DNA of 64,000 nucleotides from Candidatus Babeliales bacterium (GTDB lineage Bacteria; Babelota; Babeliae; Babelales; JACPOV01): NCBI GenBank assembly GCA_020054235.1, contig JAGVLQ010000013.1, positions 3,571 to 67,570 of the forward strand, read 5' to 3'. Shown piece by piece: positions 57,635 to 64,000 of this stretch (position 1 is its first letter; each line of letters starts with the position of its first letter). The notes under the pieces were generated by a model. It saw only the letters and a program-made list of their open reading frames with translations, ran no database searches and was not told where the DNA came from. The position numbers and the translations under genes were made by a program.

Positions 57635-58669
57635 ATGAAAAAATCTCATTATATTGTTATTCTTGCTGGTGGCAAAGGTGAGCGCTTGTGGCCATTGAGT
57701 CGAGAAAAGATGCCAAAGCAACTTTTAACTCTTGGTAATAAACATTCTCTTTTAGAACAAACTATTGCTCGGGTAAAATCACTTGTGCCAAAATCAAATT
57801 TATTGATTATGACAACCGAACAGCAAGAAGAAGAAATCAAACGGTTAGTAGGTCATGAAGTTAATCAGGTATTGACTGAGCCCTGTGCGCGCAATACCGC
57901 TCCAGCAATTTTATTAGCTTGTTTGCAAATCTTTGAAAAAGACAAAGATGCAACAATAGTTTTTTTGCCAGCCGATCATTTTATTATTCAAGACGCCCTT
58001 TTTAGAATTCACTTAAAAAAAGCTTTGGATTTTTCAGCACATAATGAGGTTTTTAGTTTGGTTGGCATAAAACCAAATTTTGCTGCGACTGGTTATGGGT
58101 ATATTGAATACGAAGAAAAAAAAACTGCTGCTAGGTCATTAAATAAAGTTTCACACTTTCATGAAAAACCTTCTTTAAAGATCGCCAAACTCTATATTAG
58201 TTTGTCAAATATGCTTTGGAATATTGGTGTTTTTTGTGGAAAAGCTTCTTTATTTATCAATGAATATAAAAATATTATACCAACACTTTTCAATGCTGTT
58301 ATGAAGTATCACAAAGGTGATGGAAACTATCAAAATTGCGAATCAATTTCATTTGACCATGCAGTTTTGGAAAAAAGTAAAAAAATTTTTGTAGAGCCGG
58401 CAGATTTTTCATGGTCTGATGTTGGAAATTTAGAAATTTTTCTTTCTATTCGCGCCCAGCATCAACAGGTAAATGCTCCCGTAATTAATATTAATTCTAA
58501 AAATAATATTGTAGATGTGCCAAAAAAATTAGTTGGCCTTATTGGCATTGAAGATCTTTGTATTGTTGAAACAGATGATGTTTTGCTTATTTCCAAAAAA
58601 AAACAAACTGATAATGTAAAACTTATTTTAAATAAATTAAAAGATGAAAAGCAGAATCATTATTTATAG
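57635..58669 (+). CDS. manC: mannose-1-phosphate guanylyltransferase
   Basis: [30 protein letters not shown] and GYGYIE motifs. I prefer ATG 57635 over TTG 57602. Confidence 0.8.
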   Translation: MKKSHYIVILAGGKGERLWPLSREKMPKQLLTLGNKHSLLEQTIARVKSLVPKSNLLIMTTEQQEEEIKRLVGHEVNQVLTEPCARNTAPAILLACLQIFEKDKDATIVFLPADHFIIQDALFRIHLKKALDFSAHNEVFSLVGIKPNFAATGYGYIEYEEKKTAARSLNKVSHFHEKPSLKIAKLYISLSNMLWNIGVFCGKASLFINEYKNIIPTLFNAVMKYHKGDGNYQNCESISFDHAVLEKSKKIFVEPADFSWSDVGNLEIFLSIRAQHQQVNAPVININSKNNIVDVPKKLVGLIGIEDLCIVETDDVLLISKKKQTDNVKLILNKLKDEKQNHYL

Positions 58670-58766
58670 GGAGTATAGGGTGAAAAAAGCAGTCTCATTT
58701 CATTATATATTTTTGATAATACTATGGAATCTTGGCTTATACGCAAACTTCAAAAGTGAGACAGAC

Positions 58767-59903
58767 ATGAAGAAAAAAGTCGCTTTAATAACAGGTGTTA
58801 CTGGTCAAGATGGTGCATATTTAGCTGAATTTTTGCTCAGCAAGGGATATCAAGTACATGGTATTAAAAGGCGCTCTTCCTCTTTTAATACTCAAAGGAT
58901 TGATCATCTTTATCGTGATCCTCATACCAAACATAAAAATAACAACTTCTTTCTCCATTATGGCGATATGACTGACGCTACCAATTTGTTGGGTCTGATT
59001 CAGCGTATAAAGCCTGATGAAATCTATAATTTAGCTGCACAATCACACGTGCAGGTTTCTTTTGAAATGCCTGAATATACTGCACAAGCAGATGCTTTAG
59101 GAACTTTAAGGTTACTTGAAGCAATTCGTGCCTCCGGTATGACCAAAAAAGTTAAATTTTATCAAGCTTCAACCTCTGAGATGTTTGGTAAAGTACAAGA
59201 AATACCGCAACGAGAAACAACCCCTTTTTACCCAAGATCTCCATATGGTGTCGCTAAGGTGTATGCTCACTGGATTACTATTAACTACCGAGAATCATAT
59301 GGAATGTTTGCTTGCACCGGTATTTTATTTAATCATGAATCCCCAATACGTGGCGAGACCTTTGTTACTCGAAAAATTACGCGTAATGTAGCCCGCATTG
59401 CCTGTGGTATGGATGGCACGTTGTATTTAGGTAATCTTGATGCTAAACGAGACTGGGGCTATGCAAAGGAATATGTTGAAGCGATGTGGATGATTCTGCA
59501 ATATGATGAACCACAAGATTGGGTTATAGCAACAGGTGAAACGCATACCGTGCGTGAGTTTGTGGAATGTGCTTTCAAAAGAATTGGTATTGATATTGAA
59601 TGGCATGGTTCTGGTATTGATGAAAAAGGTTACAATGCAAAAACAGGTCAAGTTCTTGTGGCTATTGATAAACGTTATTTTCGTCCTGCAGAAGTTGATC
59701 TTTTGATTGGAGATCCAACTAAAGCGCGTACTTTACTTGGTTGGGAACCGAAAGTAACTTTTAAAGAATTAGTAGAAATAATGGTTGATGCTGATATTGC
59801 TTTGTTAAAAGGTGAATTAGGGAATGATTACTACGGACAAGATTCTGAGTTTTTGATTTATAAAAAAAGTACTAGTACTAACCAACATCGTATTAATATA
59901 TGA
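58767..59903 (+). CDS. gmd: GDP-mannose 4,6-dehydratase
   Basis: [40 protein letters not shown] and [10 protein letters not shown] motifs. I prefer ATG 58767; the track's upstream extension looks non-coding. Confidence 0.9.
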   Translation: MKKKVALITGVTGQDGAYLAEFLLSKGYQVHGIKRRSSSFNTQRIDHLYRDPHTKHKNNNFFLHYGDMTDATNLLGLIQRIKPDEIYNLAAQSHVQVSFEMPEYTAQADALGTLRLLEAIRASGMTKKVKFYQASTSEMFGKVQEIPQRETTPFYPRSPYGVAKVYAHWITINYRESYGMFACTGILFNHESPIRGETFVTRKITRNVARIACGMDGTLYLGNLDAKRDWGYAKEYVEAMWMILQYDEPQDWVIATGETHTVREFVECAFKRIGIDIEWHGSGIDEKGYNAKTGQVLVAIDKRYFRPAEVDLLIGDPTKARTLLGWEPKVTFKELVEIMVDADIALLKGELGNDYYGQDSEFLIYKKSTSTNQHRINI

Positions 59904-59923
59904 AATGTAATTGGTAATCGAAT

Positions 59924-60922
59924 ATGAGCATGAAGGTGTATGATTCTATGCATCAAAATGCAAAAATTTATGTTGCTGGGCATACTGGATTGGTTGGCTC
60001 TGCATTAATAAGAGTGCTCCAAAAAAAGCGCTATACCAATCTTATAACAAAAACTTTTGGACAACTTGATTTGCGCAAGCAATTAGCAGTTGATTCTTTT
60101 TTTCGAGCGGAAAAACCAGATTATGTTTTTCTTGGTGCAGCAAAAGTTGGCGGCATAAAGGCTAATAATGAATTTCCTGCTTCATTTATTTATGACAATC
60201 TTATGATAGAAGCAAATATAATTCATGCATCCTATAAGTATGGTGTTAAAAAATTATTATTTTTAGGTTCGTCCTGTATTTATCCGCGTCTTTGTAATCA
60301 ACCTATTTTGGAAGAATATCTTTTGACGAGTGAACTTGAAAAAACAAATGAGCCATATGCTCTAGCAAAAATTGCCGGTATCAAGCTATGTGAAAGCTAT
60401 AACAGACAATACGGCACAAACTTTATTTCATGTATGCCTACTAATTTATACGGTCCTCATGATAATTTTGATTTGGAATCTTCCCATGTCATTCCAGCAC
60501 TTATTGCAAAAATTGATCGCGCAAAAGAAGAATATGCGTCGTCTGTTCAATTATGGGGCACTGGAAATCCACGACGTGAATTTCTATATGTTGATGATAT
60601 GGCTGATGCATGTGTATTTTTGATGAATAATTATAATGATTTAGGGCATATTAATGTTGGTACAGGCAAAGATATTGCCATAAAAGAATTAGCAGAACTT
60701 ATAAAAGAAATTGTAGGTTTTGATGGTGAAATTTTATTTAATCTCAATCAGCTTGATGGCACACCCAGAAAATTGCTCAATGTAGAGAAATTATCAAATC
60801 TTGGATGGCATGCTTCGACATCTCTCAAGGATGGTTTGAAAAAAGCATATGATTGGTATTGCGTATATAAAAAGCCGAAACCAATTCAAGAAGAGCTTTT
60901 TAAAGGATATGAAGGGTTTTAA
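59924..60922 (+). CDS. fcl: GDP-L-fucose synthase
   Basis: [30 protein letters not shown] and [15 protein letters not shown] motifs. The start could be one of the downstream ATGs. Confidence 0.9.
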   Translation: MSMKVYDSMHQNAKIYVAGHTGLVGSALIRVLQKKRYTNLITKTFGQLDLRKQLAVDSFFRAEKPDYVFLGAAKVGGIKANNEFPASFIYDNLMIEANIIHASYKYGVKKLLFLGSSCIYPRLCNQPILEEYLLTSELEKTNEPYALAKIAGIKLCESYNRQYGTNFISCMPTNLYGPHDNFDLESSHVIPALIAKIDRAKEEYASSVQLWGTGNPRREFLYVDDMADACVFLMNNYNDLGHINVGTGKDIAIKELAELIKEIVGFDGEILFNLNQLDGTPRKLLNVEKLSNLGWHASTSLKDGLKKAYDWYCVYKKPKPIQEELFKGYEGF

Positions 60923-60942
60923 TTTGTGGCTAAGCCATAACG

Positions 60943-62505
60943 TTATTTTGATTCATGATATTCTTGCTCTGTATTGACAGACCATATATTTGATTTATTT
61001 GTAGTGCCTTGAATAATGTTATCAACAGCTGTCATTGCAGTAAGCATAGAATGATCTTGATTATTATATTTGTGCATACCATTACGACCAATTAAAAATA
61101 AATTTTCAAATTTATCCGTGAAATTTTTGATTACATCAAATTTATCATACGTTCCAAAATATGCCGGATACGTTTTTTCCATTTTAATTACAACAGCATC
61201 AAGAATATTTTCTTGATTTATTATGCCAAGTTTTTCAATTTCTGTTTTAGCAAGTCTAATAAGTTCTTGATCACTTTTTTGCCATAATTCATCGTTTTCA
61301 TAACAAAAATACTCTAGCCCAATCCAAATAGTATTTGGATTGGCAACCATATAAGGACTCCAGTTATTAAAAATCTGAATTCTGCCAACAAGAACATCAG
61401 GTTCCTGAACATAAATCCAGTTATCTTCAAGAAGTTCTTTTTTCTTTTCTTGTATATTGAGTTTTTTTGCAAGAATGCCGACGGTAATGAAATCGCGATA
61501 TAATAAGCCATCACTAACTTTCTTGACTTCGCAAGGAACATTACTTTGGAAAGCATTCATTAGATCTTTTACTGGCATGGTAGAAAAGACAAAATCGGCT
61601 TTAAAATCTTCGTGCATTTTTGTGGTGTAATTGTAAGCAGCAATTTCAGTGATTTTATTGTTTTGATGAAAAATTTTATCAACAAGAATATTTGTTTTTA
61701 TAATGCCGCCCATATCGATTATTTTTTTTGCAACGACTTCCCACATTTGACCTGGACCAAATTTTGGATATAAAAATTGTTCAATTAAGCTAGTTTCAAT
61801 ATTTTTTTGAGAGATATCGGATGTTTTTTTTGTAAAAATCTGTTTGGTAAAATGTTTAATTGTTTTGGCAATAGAAAGCCCTTTAATGCGCTGAGCTCCC
61901 CATTCAGCACTAATTTTATTACAAGGTATGCCCCAAACTTTTTCAGTATATGATTTGAAGAAAGTTTTATAGAGTGTTTTACCAAAACGATTAATGAAAA
62001 ATTGCTCTAAATTTTCTTCCTTTTTTATAGGAAATAGCACACTTTTGGCATAGCTAGTCCCAATCCGAATTGTTTGAATCAACCCCATTTTTTTTAGAGT
62101 ATCACTATTAATTTTCAAGGGATAGTCAAAAAAAGTTCGATTGAAATAAATACGCGATTTTCTTGAGCGTACTAGCATAACATTATCAACGCTTTCAGGA
62201 TTAGGACCAGTAGTTGCATCCAAGGTTCGTGTTTTTTGTTGGTATTTGATTGAAATTGAGTTCTCAAGATTTTGTATTGGCAAAATTTCATGCCACCATT
62301 GCATTACGCGATCAGATTTTGAGAAAAAGCGATGACCACCAATGTCGATACGATTTCCTTTATAATTGATTGTTCTAGAAATGCCGCCCATATAGGTACT
62401 TTTTTCTAGAACAATTGGTAGTATATTGGTGCGTTTTAATAACTCATAGGCAGCAGTTAAACCTGCAGGTCCTGCGCCAATAATAATAGCTTTTTTCTGG
62501 GACAT
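60943..62505 (-). CDS. FAD-dependent oxidoreductase (amine-oxidase/UDP-galactopyranose-mutase-like fold)
   Basis: N-terminal dinucleotide motif [16 protein letters not shown]. At 520 aa its size and glycan-locus context fit the NAD(P)/FAD oxidoreductases of polysaccharide clusters. Confidence 0.6.
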   Translation of the reverse strand: MSQKKAIIIGAGPAGLTAAYELLKRTNILPIVLEKSTYMGGISRTINYKGNRIDIGGHRFFSKSDRVMQWWHEILPIQNLENSISIKYQQKTRTLDATTGPNPESVDNVMLVRSRKSRIYFNRTFFDYPLKINSDTLKKMGLIQTIRIGTSYAKSVLFPIKKEENLEQFFINRFGKTLYKTFFKSYTEKVWGIPCNKISAEWGAQRIKGLSIAKTIKHFTKQIFTKKTSDISQKNIETSLIEQFLYPKFGPGQMWEVVAKKIIDMGGIIKTNILVDKIFHQNNKITEIAAYNYTTKMHEDFKADFVFSTMPVKDLMNAFQSNVPCEVKKVSDGLLYRDFITVGILAKKLNIQEKKKELLEDNWIYVQEPDVLVGRIQIFNNWSPYMVANPNTIWIGLEYFCYENDELWQKSDQELIRLAKTEIEKLGIINQENILDAVVIKMEKTYPAYFGTYDKFDVIKNFTDKFENLFLIGRNGMHKYNNQDHSMLTAMTAVDNIIQGTTNKSNIWSVNTEQEYHESK

Positions 62506-62700
62506 TTTTTTCCTTTTTTCAGTTTCTCATGCAATGTTTTTGTTATTAAGTATTTAAGAAAATAACAAAATTTTTATAGGCACGATAGGAGAAATGTAAA
62601 TAAAATAAAGACTTGCGAAATTCATAGTAATACATAAGATTAGTCAATACACAAAACAATCTTTCAGTATTTTGTAAATAGTTTGAAAAAAAGGAGTAGT

Positions 62701-63684
62701 ATGTCCAAAAGTGCTATAACAAAAATATCTACTTTTTTTTTATTATTTTTTTCAGGAATTTTTCTCTATGTTTATAGTAACTCCCCAATAAAACAACATT
62801 CACCTATCCGACAATACTACTGTACGGCAGCAGATAAAAAATTTTTTGCTATTTTGCTTAATCTAATAGGATCACTTCATCATACTAATTTTGAAAATAT
62901 CGAAGAAATAGCAGTTTATGATTTAGGTCTTGAGCAAGATCAAATTACTACGCTCAATAATATTCAGAAAGTACGTGTCTATAATATTGAGCTAACGCAT
63001 CCTGATTTATTAAAACCAGTAAAGGTTGATGATCGCAGAATTGTTCCGGGTTGGTATGCTTGGAAGCCAGTTGCTATAAAACAATCCCTTGATAAATTTC
63101 CTTATGTTTTATGGATTGATGCCGGTTCTACTGTTTTAAAACCATTAGATGATCTTTTTGTTTATATTCAAAAACAAGGATATTTTTTGGCAACAATTGG
63201 TGATACTTGGGAACCAGAAAAGGGAAAATTTAGATGTGGTATAGAATGGCAAACAACTCGTTATGTAAGAAATAAATTTAATCTTGATGATCCAAAAAAT
63301 GTTTGGATTTTTAATAAAGAAGCGGTTATGGGAGGCATAATTGGAGTTGCTCAATCGGCTAAAGACGTTTTTATTATGCCATTGTATGAAATGACGAAAG
63401 ATTTGCGGGCTTATATTGATGATGGAACAGCACCCGGGGGGTTTGGTTGTGGTCGTCATGATCAGGCATTACTGAGTATTTTGGCGTACTTAGGTGGATT
63501 AACTATTCATAAACAAGATCGTTCACAAAGAAATCCGATACAATTATCTTTTGATGGAAAAACTGTTCCTTTGTATATTACGTGGGTCTCACAATATGTT
63601 TGTGATAAAACGCATATTTATAGTTCTCATGGTGACATAAAAGATATTAAATTCTATGCAAAATGTATTAAAGTTCGTAAATAG
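62701..63684 (+). CDS. putative glycosyltransferase-like protein (resembles DUF1647-type proteins)
   Basis: AAGGAG at 62691-62696 precedes ATG 62701. N-terminal TM anchor. YYCTAADKKFF...VYDLGL...GWYAWKPVAI...VLWIDAGS...GRHDQALLS is the pattern I recall for DUF1647. The family assignment is from memory only. Confidence 0.4.
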   Translation: MSKSAITKISTFFLLFFSGIFLYVYSNSPIKQHSPIRQYYCTAADKKFFAILLNLIGSLHHTNFENIEEIAVYDLGLEQDQITTLNNIQKVRVYNIELTHPDLLKPVKVDDRRIVPGWYAWKPVAIKQSLDKFPYVLWIDAGSTVLKPLDDLFVYIQKQGYFLATIGDTWEPEKGKFRCGIEWQTTRYVRNKFNLDDPKNVWIFNKEAVMGGIIGVAQSAKDVFIMPLYEMTKDLRAYIDDGTAPGGFGCGRHDQALLSILAYLGGLTIHKQDRSQRNPIQLSFDGKTVPLYITWVSQYVCDKTHIYSSHGDIKDIKFYAKCIKVRK

Positions 63685-63708
63685 CTGATTAAAAAAGTGA
63701 GAATTAGT

Positions 63709-64000
63709 ATGAATAAGGGAATAAGATACTTCTTTTTGTTGGTTATAATAACGACGTATCAATTGTATCCATTAAAACTGGATCGTGTAATTTTAGCAAC
63801 AGATGCGAATCCTAATTATATTGAATTCTGGCCAATCGTAGCAAAAGCATGGAAAGAGATTATTGGTCTACAACCTACGTTAGCATTGATTGCCCCTTCC
63901 GAAGTTCAGATTGATGAAACGTTAGGGGATGTAATTCGTTTTGAACCAATTGAGGGAATACCAACCTCTTTTTATGCTCAATGTATTCGTCTTTTGCTTC
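63709..64000 (+). CDS. hypothetical protein, 5-prime fragment (continues beyond window), probably part of the glycan locus
   Basis: Open frame from ATG 63709 to the window end: MNKGIRYFFLLVIITTYQLYPLKLDRVILATDANPNYIEFWPIVAKAWKE.... Not in the ORF track because it has no stop inside the window. Confidence 0.4.
   Translation, partial: MNKGIRYFFLLVIITTYQLYPLKLDRVILATDANPNYIEFWPIVAKAWKEIIGLQPTLALIAPSEVQIDETLGDVIRFEPIEGIPTSFYAQCIRLLL

Noticed and set aside
1-64000. CRISPR arrays, tRNA or rRNA genes, prophage, transposases, recognisable defence or toxin-antitoxin modules
   Set aside because: Reading both strands I found no regularly spaced direct repeats. The only GGTTCGA(A/T)TCC-type T-arm is the tmRNA one. 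I saw no rRNA-like conserved blocks and no ORF with transposase, integrase, capsid or known defence-domain motifs.
1-64000. Alternative genetic code (TGA reassigned), as in some candidate phyla
   Set aside because: Long conserved genes are uninterrupted under the standard code. Trp in conserved motifs is TGG. TGA works as the stop in several ATGA coupled junctions (6881-6883, 8497-8499, 55541-55543, and the minus-strand stop at 49194-49196).

Overview
This is an AT-rich, tightly packed bacterial chromosome segment using the standard genetic code. Several gene junctions are ATGA or TAATG overlaps. I called about 50 protein genes, one tmRNA, and no tRNA, rRNA or CRISPR array.

Housekeeping genes: tpiA (3-prime end), secG, eno, aspS, nfo, infB, nusA, udg, tsaD, smpB plus ssrA, pth and alaS.

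Interleaved with these are:
(i) Diderm envelope genes: mlaEF, skp, a large beta-barrel OMP, and a translationally coupled GspC/PilP - secretin - PilM/N - PilO - second secretin cluster.
(ii) Exported eukaryote-like repeat proteins: a Skp1/BTB-WD40 fusion, another WD40-like protein, two ankyrin proteins and a C11 protease.
(iii) A roughly 15 kb glycan cluster at 48.7-64 kb. It encodes UDP-ManNAcA and GDP-Man/GDP-Fuc supply, a polyprenol-P-mannose-synthase-like GT2 and two GT-C membrane transferases.

Observations most worth follow-up:
- A 270-bp cluster of six perfect plus six degenerate DnaA boxes next to an AT-rich tract, upstream of nusA. This is a candidate oriC, and no dnaA is in the window.
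- The dual-secretin cluster. Both secretins share a C-terminal RDPxxRWFFK module.
- The signal-peptide-bearing Skp1-like/WD40 fusion.
- A decayed GIY-YIG gene bracketed by GC-rich repeats directly after ssrA.

The gene content suggests a host-associated, protist-infecting type of diderm bacterium, Dependentiae/TM6-like. That lineage call is inference only. All calls come from reading the sequence and ORF translations; no database search was run.
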